A stretch of DNA of 64,000 bases, taken from assembly GCA_964188305.1 (NCBI GenBank), contig OZ076894.1; one strand, written 5' to 3'. This DNA comes from Podarcis bocagei. Its lineage: Eukaryota. The notes under the pieces are model-generated. The model did no database searches, was not told where the DNA came from, and saw nothing but the letters and a program-made list of their open reading frames with translations. Every line of letters begins with the position of its first letter. Position 1 is the first letter of the stretch. Both the position numbers and the translations under genes were made by a program. Positions 48,131-60,598 of this stretch are shown here, one piece after another.

Positions 48131-50831
48131 GTAGGATGGATGCTAAGGGTAGGAAGGAGAAAAATCTCAATCCCTCTCCACTGGAGCCATAATTCCAAGG
48201 TAAACTTGTTAACAGATGGTTGAAGAAAGTGGTTGGAGGCCAGTGAGTGGGTTGCAGAGTTTTAGCTTGATGGGAGGCAGGCAGGAGTACAATTCAATGC
48301 TTAAGGATAGGATCAGAGAAGGATTGGTCTATGCCCTTGACTAGATGCACTACAGAGTCTGATTTAATTCAGATTGTCTCTGAATAGTCTAAGCAATTTC
48401 CCAGTTGGGAGAAAACTAGATTGATATGAACTAATTCAAGGAAAACTAGGGAAGGAGCAGTATTCACCTATCACTAGCCAGAACTCATGCATCTTTCAAT
48501 CTACCAGATGTTCTGCCCCAATTTAGTTACAAATTAAAAAGTGCTTGTTTGTAACTTCTGAAGCTACCCAAAGCAAACAGGCTGAAACTCTGCCATGGGA
48601 AAGTTGCATCAGCATTTGTGTCATGCATCCTGCACCAGTGTTCCAAACTCATGCACACTGAGTTGCCTAGCTGCAACTAACAATAATAATTATGCTTTTA
48701 TTCTGAAGTATTTAAGTCCTTGTCCAGGAGGTTGGTTCTCAGAGTGGTAATAAACAACAACAACAAGTTTCTTATACCCCACCCATCTGACTGGTTTATC
48801 CCAGCCACTCTGGGTGGCTTCCAACAAAATTATAAAGGAACAAAACAAAGTTCTTATACAGGAACACCATACTAATATAATTGAAACACATTAAAACCGG
48901 TGTAAAACAACTTGAAATGGAAGGATGAATTCAAATGTAGGAGGCAGCTGGGAGTGGTGTTGAAGGGTCATGGCGGAGTTATGGGAACAAACTCTGAAAG
49001 CATCTACAGAATAACCAAATCTCTACAAAATTTAAACAAAGGATAAACTGCAGCAGATATAAACTGGCTGGGTACACCAGAGAAGATAGAAGGTCCTGTG
49101 CTACTAAAGGCAGAGTTGCCTGCCAATCTAAGGTATATCAATGGAGGGAGGGATTCCCATCTCTGTATATCGCAGATGGGAAAACCAGGCTGGTGCAGCG
49201 GCTTGCTCATAACATCCAATGAGCTCAAATATGAGGTGAAATTTGAACCAGGATTTCATGGCTTACAGCTCACAATGCTAGCAACTACCCCTTACAACTT
49301 CTCTCAATAGAGGCCAAACTTAAAGAATAATATTTTTCAGTAGATTTTTCAAGGTTAACTTCTTTCCAACCTAATTATCAAACCATAATGGAAAACTCAA
49401 GTAGTGTTCAAAGTGTATGTCCTTGGATCTTCTTTGAGATTGCAACAAAATCCGGTTTTTAAGTAGCTATTGAAATGCTCTTTTCTGCAATTATGACTCC
49501 ACTACAATGCTTAAGTAATAAAAGTGAATCTATGCTTAAGTCAAGGACTTTATTCTCAATTTCTTTGTGAGTAAGTGGAGTAGGGAATTCTTTGGTGTTT
49601 TGCAAGGAGGCCTCTAGCATGCTGCTTGTGGTACTTCACTGAAATAAAAAAACAAAAACAATGGTGCCCATCATTGAGAAATACATAGTGAGTAAGTACT
49701 TGAAGCACTTATTTTCCTGCACAGCAAAAATATCATCCTTTTACATGTTGCAAACTAATCAATATAGTAGAAGTGGAACTGTAATGTCAGAGCCATACAA
49801 ATGAAGTGTCAGATGCATGTTCTTACAAGAATAATTCAAAAGCTGACATTGAAAGGGAAAGAATGAAGTAACCATTAGTGTTATGTGTATATCTGCCACC
49901 CACATCTTTTGCTAGTCCCTCTGGAATTCTTTTAACTTCACTCAACATTTCTTCACTCATTCTTCCAAGCAAAAAGTTCAACATTTGACTTCATTTCACT
50001 CTAAGTGAAATTCTATTGAAAATGTAGTCCCACTGCACAGGCAACTTCTTCACTAACCCACAAATCCTAATGTGAATATGAAAAGCAGGTGACAGTCTTG
50101 GCACAGCTTCATTACAATTTTCTGTGGGTTCAAAATAGGAGACTTCCCCTATAGTTTTGTTAATCTTGGTGTAGCTCTTTCTCCATTCCCCCAAATTCCT
50201 TAGATGTTTCACTGAGGTGGCAACCTCCAAGATTAACTCCAAAGTTCACCTTAGCTAAAATTTGATGGCCACTCTGAAAACAACGAACTGACGATTTCCT
50301 GCTGGAATACATTTGGACCTTCCAGTACAGCAGCGTTCACACTCTCACAAACCACACAGTCTGAAAAGAATAGAATGACGCTCCCATCAGGCCTAACCAG
50401 CATGGCCAACAGACAGAGATGATGGGTGTTTCTGGATAGTTCAGTCTTAGACAGTTAGCTCTCTTCTATTACAAATAGGAATGCAAACTGCCAAGCTTCC
50501 AGTGCCACTAGTGCCTAAACAATTGGCCTTGGCATCTGGTTTCCTAAAGAGGGCAGAAAGTAGTCCGTAAACCCCCCCCCCCTCCGTTGGACCGGTCACT
50601 TTTTCCTATTTAGTTAGTTCCTAGTTGAAACCAGCAGCCACTCACTGGGGGAGGGGCAGGGCTTCCATTTAAATTTCTGTAACTCCCAGGTACGTTTCAA
50701 CCCAGAAACCTTACAATCAAGTATGGTTTGGAAGAAAGGACAATAGGGAGATAAGGAGAACAGAAATTCTCTTCTCTTCCTGGCAGTTGTGTTTTCTTTC
50801 TTCCAAGCTGACTTTTAAGTTTTGCGCGCGT

Positions 50832-50832
<1 letters not shown>

Positions 50833-50872
<40 letters not shown>
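50833..50872 (+). repeat. (CA)n microsatellite
   Basis: Direct reading. Confidence 0.95.
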
Positions 50873-50873
<1 letters not shown>

Positions 50874-51902
50874 TACACCCTGGTCATAATCGTTAGCTAT
50901 TGCCCTTTGGTAAGCATGTAGAGTAATCATGTGCTAATCACAAAATTCACTATTAGTAAATGATATTTTGTGATATAATTAATGTACTGAGAGGACATTA
51001 ATCTGTGGTAATCTGCCATCTTCAATTTCCTAAAACCAATATTATTCCATTGGTCTGGGCAATTATTCCAAACTTTTCTTTAAAAGTTACTTTTCAGCAG
51101 GTAGAAAGAATGGCAGATGGGTGCCAACGTTCCATTCATGGGCATAAACTGCAACACACTCTACCTCTGTCTCAAGAAAGGGTATGGATTACTAGTGTAT
51201 TAATGTCATAATGTTATTCCATACTCAGTCTATCTTGACTATATATGTCAGAGACATACTTCACAACACTTAACACTTTAACACATAAAAGTATTAACTC
51301 ATACATGGTACCTTTGCTGCTCCAGCTTTTCAGATGAGAAAATCCCTAGTCCAATTACATTACAAAAGGGAGCTATTTAACTCACTGAATTTCCCTAATG
51401 ACTCTCGGGAGCAATGATCATATGGCTCTCGAAAATACACCAAGTTCTCCTGGTAATTTCAGTTGCATTAATATCCACTCTCACATGCTGTCCTGAGCTC
51501 TTGTGTGGTCCTGCTGTGGGCAATTAAAAAGTTGCCATGTTCTACCCCAGAGATCCGTGCATTTTAGTGGTAATAATGAAATGTATTTATTTACACAATA
51601 ATCTTTGGCATGTATTTTTAAGTCTAAGCATAAAATAATTTCCAGACAACTCAGCTGTCATTTGGTTCATTTTATACATAAGGAAAATGTTTTGAGAAAA
51701 ACACATACTAAGTGATTACCCAATATGAAAACACATAACTAGCAGATTAAAGACAAAATCTGTGTATTTATTAGGCTGAAATTCAAAGATCTTCAGCTGA
51801 CTACTGCTCGTGGAAGAGCCATTTCCCACAATTAAACAGCCTGTGTTTGAATTCTGCACAAAATAAAGCCTTTTCCAGATATTTTGCTTAGCCTACATAA
51901 AC

Positions 51903-53395
51903 TAAGGTTACCAGATTTTTTTCAATGAATCCGGGGACACTTTATATAAATTGTGTGTGTGTGTAAAGTTATTTTTAAAAATTAAGAAGTAATGTCTTCT
52001 CTTCTGTGGTCTCCTCTGTTGCTTGGCCTTCCTCTGGGTCCCAGCCTGCTTTCTTGGAGCACTAGCCATGTTTCCACTCCCTTCCTCTCCCACCTTGCAC
52101 TGCGATCCCTTACAGACTTACTCAGGAGTAAGCGTTAGCAGAAACTCCTTCCATCTGCTGCTGCCCTGCCCACCTGTGGGTGTCTCCTGCACGGGCGTCA
52201 GCCGAGTTTGAGAATATGACTGTGGGATGATCACAGAATCGCAGCTTTGGAAAGGACCTCTGAGGGGCATCTAGTCCAACCCCCTGCAATGGAGGTACCG
52301 CAAAAAGAGCAGCCACAATTTAAAAGAGCATAAGGCTTCTCTGCTCCATTTTTACACCTATTGTGACACAGAAGATACCCCCCCCAAGCCCCATCACACC
52401 AATCTCTCCCTTTTTATTAAAGGGAAGGGGAGGGGAGGGAGGCAAGCAAGCAAGCATAGGTAGCCTCTTTTAATTTATTTAAAGGTTAATTTTTTTAAGG
52501 TTCATTTTTTAATAAGAAGGGAACAGGAAAGCTCTTTAGGGGGAACCAACATAAACACCCCCAAAATAAACATAAAACATTCTTCCCCTTTTATTTTTTG
52601 CTAGTGGGGGGTGGGTGCAAGGGAATAAAAATGTAGCAGCAGCACATAATGATGTATAGGCTTGGGGAACCAAATGTGTGAAAAGACAAAGGGAGAATTT
52701 GAAAGAGTTTATGGGTACGGAGGAAAAAATGGGGAGACAGACAATTACACAGAGAGAAGGGAGGGAAGGAAGGCAGTCCAATATAGCTCACAAACATGCA
52801 GAATGGAGTAAATGAGGCAAGACAATTTCCCCCACCACCACCCTTAACTTTGAAGCAACAGCCTCTGTCTGGGAGAGCGAAGGGAAGGCTCAAGGCAGCA
52901 TCCTGCTTTCTGCCAGCTTGGTAGCTCAGCTCACAAGCAGGCAGAATACAGCAAAGGGGGCTTTAAAGGCATGAAAAAAGTGATCCTTCTTCCTCATGAG
53001 CAAGCAGGAGAGACAGGGTAGCTTGCAGAGATGTCATGCAGGGAGGCTTCTTCCCTACACCTCAGCTCCGCGGGTCCAAAGAGCAGCCTTGCCTTTCCAT
53101 CTCAAGCAAGCAAGCAGGAGGAGCAGGGCTGTTTGCAGAGCTGACAGAGAGGGAGGTTTCTTTTTGCATGTCAGCTGATAGGTGGGAGAGTTGCAGCAAA
53201 GCCCAGCTGCACCTCTCTGGAGCTGTAGTGGATGCTTGCTTCGGGCTCTGGGGAGGGTCTGGAAGTGCCCAGGCATATGATTAATCCAGGGACATTACTT
53301 TAAATGCAGGGACATTCCGGAGATAGATTTTGTCTGGGGACAGATTGGTAAATCCGGGGGCTGTCCCCGGGAACCGAGGACATCTGGTAACCATA
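51903..53395. mobile_element. Non-autonomous hAT (Blackjack-like) DNA transposon, ~1.5 kb
   Basis: TIRs taaggttaccagat / atctggtaaccata, perfect 8-bp TSD acataaac, subterminal aatccgggg/gggac motifs, no transposase ORF. Confidence 0.88.
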
Positions 53396-55800
53396 ACATA
53401 AACTAATGCAGATACAAAGTGGTGGCAAAGGAGATGGTGAATCAGGTATAGACTTCAGGGCTGATGGTAGAGAGCCTGGCTACCTGCACAGGAGTGCAAG
53501 AATGGAGTGTAGAAGCAAATGTAAGCACTTGCTAACATTGAGTGCTGGCTGACAGCCACAAAGCAGAGTCTCTTCTAAATCACTACTGAAGCAACGTCTT
53601 CCTGGGGGGTGGGGTGAGAATGAAACCCAGCAAAGCCAAATTCTGCTAATTAATAAATACTAAGTCAGGACTGCATCCTCTGGTGCTATGAAATGATTTT
53701 TCAAGCATCCATCATATGCTTAACTCTTTTCTCACTGACTGAAAAGTATTCTCATTGATTTAAGATCCAGGCTATGGCAACTTCCTTTGAAAGTCATATC
53801 CTATGTGCATAGTCAGAGGGGGGAAATCTTTCCTCTGACTTCCACAGCACAGGCATACACTCAGGAGGTCACTTGTGTCAGAACCACAGGAGGTAGCACT
53901 TTGAGGCAGGGACAGATATGAGGTGGTATAAGCTTAGAATCTTTAAGCATTTATACTGCCTGACCTGCTGACCTGGTGCTATGCATAGACTATTCCTGCC
54001 TGGGGCAGGAGTAATCTGCCCTGGGGGTTAGGTCTGGATCTACTGTCAGATGTCATATGTGCTTCTCTGACAGTATTATTTTGCATCCATTTCAGGACAA
54101 ATAGTAATAGAATTTAAATTATTCTCTCTAAGAAGTAAGTGGTATGTATTTAATCATTTCATTTTGCAGAATTGTACCCTAAAAGCCATTAACATCAAAA
54201 TGAATATGATAAACACAATATGAATTTGTACAGGATCACCTATTACTTACTGTAAACCATTAAGCCGGAGTGAGGTTTTGTGGACAAGCTATAAACAATT
54301 GATATAATACTATATAGCAAAGCAGCCACAGAAATTACCACCAGTTTCAATCACTTGTAATATTAATAACTTTAACTAGTACTAAACCACCACACAACTT
54401 TTTCTTTTTCTTTTTAAAGTGATGCATGGGTTCTACGTGACACTCATTTTCATGCTCTCATCATATAATTTAAAGTGTATGTTTAAATTACATATTAAAG
54501 AGATATTAATGGCACAACAATTAACTCATATGTTGAAAATGAGTTAAATGAAATGAATTTCCAAGCAATGGTCAACTATTTAAAACAGGAAATGCCAGAA
54601 TAGGGCAGAGAAAATGATAAGCTTAATTTACATTTGTGTGTTTGTGTGCATAATTTTTTCCAATTTATTTCAAAGGAATAGGAACTGTAGCCTCCTGGCA
54701 ATCACTAATGTATTGTTTGTATTCTGAGTTGAGATTATCCACTAGGGTGCTACACTGAAGTTGCCTATGCTATTTTGACACGGCAACCAGATGCTCCAAT
54801 TTTGCTTGACTGACTTTAAGCTGAGCCAGAATGCCTTAAAGCAACACTGAAAGGGGAAGGGTTCCATGAACAATTAACGCACTCTGGTGTCAAAAGAAGT
54901 GTTTCAAACACCTAGTACTGGTACTGAAATGACCTTTTGTCAAGAGGTGGCCTTTTGCTGACACTCTGCAAGTTATGATTTAATGCAAGAGACAGGTAGC
55001 TTGAATCAGACAAGAGTTAATTCTATTTCATAAGTACTAAGTGCAATATAGGAGTGCCACTAACATGCAACATAAACCAAACAAAAAGTATATATTTCTG
55101 CTGAACGTACATCCAGAATATATATTGACTTGCTCATTTAATTGGTCTGTGTGTATAAAACTGACAATAGTACAGTGAGAAATACTGTCTCGATAAAGCA
55201 ACTTCTGCTATGTGGTATCGGGCTCTAGGGTTCATTACTTATCTGAGTTCTGTCTGAACAAATTAATTAATAGGTTAATTCTGTTTGTTTTCTCAAACTT
55301 TTGTTCACAAGGGAAATTGTTTTATTGTTTTAGCTGCTCCCTACTGGGCTGTTTGGTAAAGTTTTAATACATCTATTTTTTGTATTATTTTAATGTTATT
55401 TATATGTAAGCCATCTTGAACATTAATTGATGCAAAGGCAAGGGATAAATCTTTTAAAACAAATAGTATCCATCCATGTGCAGCTGGGCTGTGAGTTTCC
55501 TCAAGGAATTCAGTGCTACAAATTGTACAGGACACTCGTCCCTAAAAAATTAAGTTAGTACTTAATATGATATACATTAGGTGGTCTAGCTGACTGCAAT
55601 AACAACATATTTGTTTTTGCAAAGTGTGACTGTATGCATGCATTCCTTTCTTCAATAAGACAGGCAATTAAAGATAGCCAAAAAGAAAAGTGTTATGCAA
55701 GGCAATTGTGGCGGGAAAACATATTAAAGTGTGGGGGAAATGAGTAGAATTGATCTAGAGCAGGAAAAGTCTTATGGCAGATTTCTGCCATCATTTAATA

Positions 55801-55920
55801 CAGGGGTGGGAACTGTGCCTGCCATATGTTTTGGACTCCAAATCCCATTAACCCTTGCATGGGTGGGGTGCAGGGATGATGGGAACCAGAGTCCAGCAAT
55901 ATCCTGGTGCCCCTTGCCTG
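55801..55920. mobile_element. Degenerate hAT-type MITE (same family as 44342)
   Basis: caggggtgggaac...ttggactccaaatcccat...gggatgatgggaaccagagtccagca. Confidence 0.65.
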
Positions 55921-56239
55921 ACTTAACGTTTTATCTTATTAACAAAAGTATTAGGAATAATGATACATATCAATATAACATCATTTCATAATTACAAAGG
56001 GTTGTATCCAATGGCAGCTTTATCTTAGGAGAACAGGCTTCTGTTTGTTCAAACTGGAACACCCCCATAGGAAGCCATGGGTTCATCCTAGATTCAAGCA
56101 TCACCAAAACGTCATCCTTTTCCTAGATTTGACAACATTGCAGTCTTTGTTTTCCCATTGTGCTGCACTTTGTTAGCTATTGCTTGAAAAGACAGAGAAC
56201 CTCAGAGTACAATGACATCACATCATATGCTTTGTATTA

Positions 56240-56465
56240 CAGTGGTACCTCGGGTTACATACGCTTCAGGTTACAGACTCCGCTAACCCAGAAATAGTAC
56301 CTCGGGTTAAGAACTTTGCTTCAGGATCAGAACAGAAATTATACTCTGGCGGCGCGGCAGCAGCGGAAGGCCCCATTAACTAAAATGGTGCTTCAGGTTA
56401 AGAACAGTTTCAGGTTAAGAATGGACCTTTGGAACAAATTAAGTACTTAACCTGAGGTACCACTG
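56240..56465. mobile_element. Tc1/mariner-type MITE
   Basis: TIRs cagtggtacctcgggtta / taacctgaggtaccactg, TA TSD. Confidence 0.92.
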
Positions 56466-58800
56466 TATTAAAAGAAATGTTACTGAGCACCAGATAAGCA
56501 TTAGGCTGAGCTGTAGTTTTCTGCAGCTTCCATGCGCTCTCTATAACATCTCTTTCCAGTCAAAGTAAGCAGTATCGTCCTGTAATCCTAAACATGTTTA
56601 CTCATAAGTGACTCTCATTTATTTCAATGGGAGTTACTTCCCTGTAAGCTTATGCTTGCATCTTCAAATAATAAACAGTGTTATGACATTGTTGTCAGGC
56701 TGAATAATATTCATTTCGGCTACCTATAGAACCAGCTTGCATAAAAATCTATTTGGAATAAGTATTTTGAAAATGTCTCCAAGACAGATTCAGACACATA
56801 AAAACCAGCAATCCATTTCAGAATAGAGCTCAGATGTGAAATGTTATACTTTTCTGACTTATTTAACATAACCAGTTTCCACTTGAAACATGAAATATAC
56901 TCTTGTGTATTTGTGTGTGTTCAGAATAGGATTATATTTTTCCTAATATTATTCTTCTTCATATACATTTGCATTCTGCCACAAAACCACTTTACTGTGA
57001 CTCTCTAATTCTAAAGACTCTGAAGTAGGAACGGATAAAAGAGTCCTAATCCAATCTGTGTTCCCTGCACATGAGTAGATCATCAAGTCCAACCCTGGTT
57101 CATGTGGATTTTTTAAAAGGAAATATCCTTAAAAGTCTGCATGTTTTTAACAAATTTAAATTGTTTTTAGAGAACTTATGAGGGTTTCCCTGGTTATTTA
57201 TTTATTTTTAAAAAACTGTTATCAATCCAGGATATATGTCCAATATATATGTCACTGTTGTTTCAGAGTAAAAGCAATATATAATTGATCTCTCCACCTC
57301 ACCACAATGGTATTGAAGAATGTAATTAATTATGGAGAATTCCACCACAGGCCACAGTGAGACAAATAATGCAGTTTTTGTTGGAAGCTGAACTGCAGCA
57401 GAATGAAAACAACAATGCATGTGAACAACACAGGTCGGAATAGAAATGATGTCTTCTTACATCCCTACCTGGATGATGGTATGAAGAAAATGATGGCATG
57501 TACCTTGGGGGGGGGATCCATATATTTTTCTATACAGGCTAGTAATGGTTGTATCTCAAAGTAGCTGAAAATGCCTTCCTTTAAAAAACAAACAAACAGA
57601 GAAGTTCTCAGGCCACCTTGTATTAATGTAAATTGGAACAAACCATGCTTTGGAACAGTGCATATACATGCAATCTAATCCACTTGTCTGTGCTTTGATC
57701 AGAGCATGATCTGCCAGATGTAGATTGGGGAGGGGGTTCACTCCAAATTGTGGATTGAACCAAAATTCTTCCCCATTCCTATTCTGAAGAGGTATGCCAC
57801 AAATCTAGACACTGGCTAATGTTTTGTCACCAATTTCTTTAATTAAAAATATTTTTGTTTATGCCCTTAATAAAATGATACAGCACTGTTGTAACTCAGT
57901 GTGGTGTAAGATCATATTGATGCCTAAAAGGGTGGATTAATTTATATAAAAGATCAAGAAAGTAAGTTGTTTCTGGGTTATTGGCCTCTTAATCTTGTAT
58001 ATTAATTCAGGTAATGTACCACTACCACTATCTTCTATTTAATTATTTTTATTTATGTACCATTAAGCCCAGTTTTCATTACTTTTATTGTGGAAAGGGG
58101 ATAAGTCCATTGTATTGGCGCAGCATTGTCATCTCATTTGCAATCCTCAAAAGACCCCTTTTCTTCCTGGAGAAATCAAATGACATAATCTCTGGCACTC
58201 TTTAGAAACCTTCTTTTTTATTTCTTTAATTAGGAGTTTTCACTAGGACCTCCTCCTTGAACTCTTAGCATTTTAATACACTTCTGCCTCGCTAACCCAT
58301 CTGATGGTTTCAGAGTTTGTGCAGCACACATTCCTGATCTGCAAGAAAGCTGCTTTCTTCCAGGACTTTTCATATTCTGCCCTAATCCCTTGGTAATTAC
58401 AAAGGCTCTCTCTGCAACAATAAGCAAGTCTGAGAGGAATTTCTGTTGCGGTGCTTCTCACAGAAAAACTCTGCTTGAGCATCCCAGTTAAATTTCCTTC
58501 CCAGGAGTCTCAGACTCAGAATACAAGCCTGCAGAATGCCAAAACAGAGGCACTCAAAGGTTATCGTGGAAACCTGGGTTGTAACAAAACTTTGGTTAAA
58601 CAGGAGTGAGAAAAGAATGTCTCCTGACAAAAAATTGTTCAGTCAGGACGGGGATAAATTCCAATTCTAAAAGCTTTGCCACAAAGATGACAGCACTTCA
58701 AAACATTTATATAATGGCTGGCAACCATTTACCTCAGGGCTCTTTTGTAACCTTTTCTATAATGGTTTATATATAATAGTGTTATTTGGCACATTTACCT

Positions 58801-59137
58801 CAGGAGTGGGAAAATATTTTCAGCTTGAAGGCCGCATCCCCTTCTGAGTAACCTTCCAAAGGTCACATGCCAGAGTAGTAGGTGGGGCCAAAAGCAAAAG
58901 TAGGTGGAGCAACAAATTTAAATTTTACCTCAGCACAGTAGGCTAGTTTCTATTCACACACTCTTCTTTATCCTCCATCTGGGCAGGCAAGAGGCATTAC
59001 CAGAGTTCAAGGATACATTCCAGCCAACCAAAAACATTTGGGGAGTCCTTGATCTTGGGTGGGGGAGAGTAGAGAGGTCAGACAGAGAGACCGGCAGCTC
59101 TGTATTCTTCTCCTGCACCTGAGGGTCCTCACGCTTG
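58801..59137. mobile_element. Degenerate hAT-type MITE
   Basis: caggagtgggaaaatattttcagcttgaaggccgcatcccc start; gtcctcacgcttg end. Confidence 0.5.
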
Positions 59138-59224
59138 CATGAAGTATGTGTGACCTGGTTAAGTGGATGGAGAGATTCTGCTTCAAAAAGCCCACAGACA
59201 AACAGCTATGTGATTTTTAAAAGA

Positions 59225-59382
59225 AGGCATCTGAAAGCAGCCCTGCTCAGGGAAGTTTTTAGTGTATGATGTTGTGCTTTTGTTTTTTACTATTTTTTGT
59301 TGGAAGCTGCCCAGACTGTCTGGGACAAACCCAGTCAGATGGGTGGCATATAAATAATATATTATTGATGATTATTATTATT
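59225..59382 (+). mobile_element. L2-clade 3' end with (ATT)n tail
   Basis: ctgaaagcagccctg..cagggaagttttta...gttggaagctgcccaga...cccagtcagatgggtggcatataaataat; an inverse fragment lies at ~48768-48827. Confidence 0.7.
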
Positions 59383-59387
59383 ACATG

Positions 59388-59389
<2 letters not shown>

Positions 59390-59418
<29 letters not shown>
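59390..59418 (+). repeat. (CA)n microsatellite
   Basis: Direct reading. Confidence 0.95.
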
Positions 59419-59423
<5 letters not shown>

Positions 59424-59810
59424 AAAGCCTTCATTTCCTTCTTTCTAAATATAGATGATAGTATGTACCTTTCTTTGAAAGGAAGGGCAACAGAAGGTGT
59501 CATAATTATATTTTTATGGGTATTTCAGGAGTGGGCAATGGTTTTCCCCCTCAGGGTCTACATTCCTTTGTAAACAAGCTGGCAGTGGGCTAGGAATGCT
59601 CAAGAAATTTGATTTCTGTGAATGTAAGGGGACCTGATCCACAATGACTAGTTCTAACATGCAAATAAACATGTGATTATCCTTCAAATTTCTCACTTCT
59701 CTAAATTTAGCAAAATAGCTTTTGGCTAAAAAATATACAAAATTCCTGAAACAATGTATGATAAAAAACATTTCAGATGTATTCGGTAACGGAATATGGC
59801 TGTATATATA

Positions 59811-59990
59811 AAAATAAATTAAAAAATTGTCCAGTAGCACCCTAGAGACCAACTAAGTTTGTTCTTGGTATAAGCGTTTGTGTGCATGCCAGAGGTATCT
59901 GAAGAAGTGTGCATGCACACGAAAGCTTATACCAAGAACAAACTTATTTGGTCTCTAGGGTGCTACTGGACAATTTTTTAATTTTTTTTA
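59811..59990. mobile_element. Penelope-like element terminal fragments in inverted arrangement
   Basis: aaaaattgtccagtagcaccctagagaccaactaagtttgttcttggtataagc and its reverse complement, tatata flanks. Confidence 0.85.
59894..59933 (+). ncRNA. Minimal type I hammerhead ribozyme
   Basis: GGTAT (stem I) CTGAAGA (core) A GTGTGC-AT-GCACAC (stem II) GAAA G CTT (NUH site) ATACC (stem I'). Confidence 0.8.
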
Positions 59991-60322
59991 TATATTTCAA
60001 CTGTGTCAGACCAACATGGCTGAATCTAGAATACGGCTGGAACTTTTTAAAAAATAAAATGCTGGTACATGTGATAACAGGACAGTATGGATTTAGGGAT
60101 GAGCATATGAGAAATTGACATGGACCAGCATGATCTGTCCTCCCTGCCCTAAATATTACTACCCAGTCAGCATTACTCTTAAGAATCTGGGTGCTTTCTA
60201 AGACTTTTCTTTCTCTGCTCAGGCAAGAAGTGATGGCCCCCTAAATTCCAGAAAAGGGGAAGGCTTGAAAGCCAGGATTAGATGCATGTTCTCAAATGGC
60301 TGTTCTCTCTCTTCTTGTGCAG

Positions 60323-60598
60323 GCTTCTGAAAGACCAAGAAGTTGGTCACAGACATCTCTCTCCACTCCAGCCACCACACTCAGTGGCTTCTGTCTGAAA
60401 AAATGGCATTCTTCGGAAAGAAAAAGAAAAAAGGTGCAGTGCGCGGCTTAGAGTGACAAAACTGTTCATAGCCCATCTCTTTCTATCTATCCACCAGCAA
60501 GGAATGTGTTACGCTTGGAGGGAAGCAGAGGTCACATTCAGGAAGACTGTGAGCTGCACAGTGGATTGTGCACCTCTGGTTTCGCCTTCCAGTACCAG
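60323..60598 (+). other. Candidate orphan exon (UTR, lncRNA or decayed)
   Basis: Strong acceptor tgttctctctcttcttgtgcag and donor CAG|gtaaaa. 276 nt; the phase-2 frame has a single stop. Confidence 0.3.
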
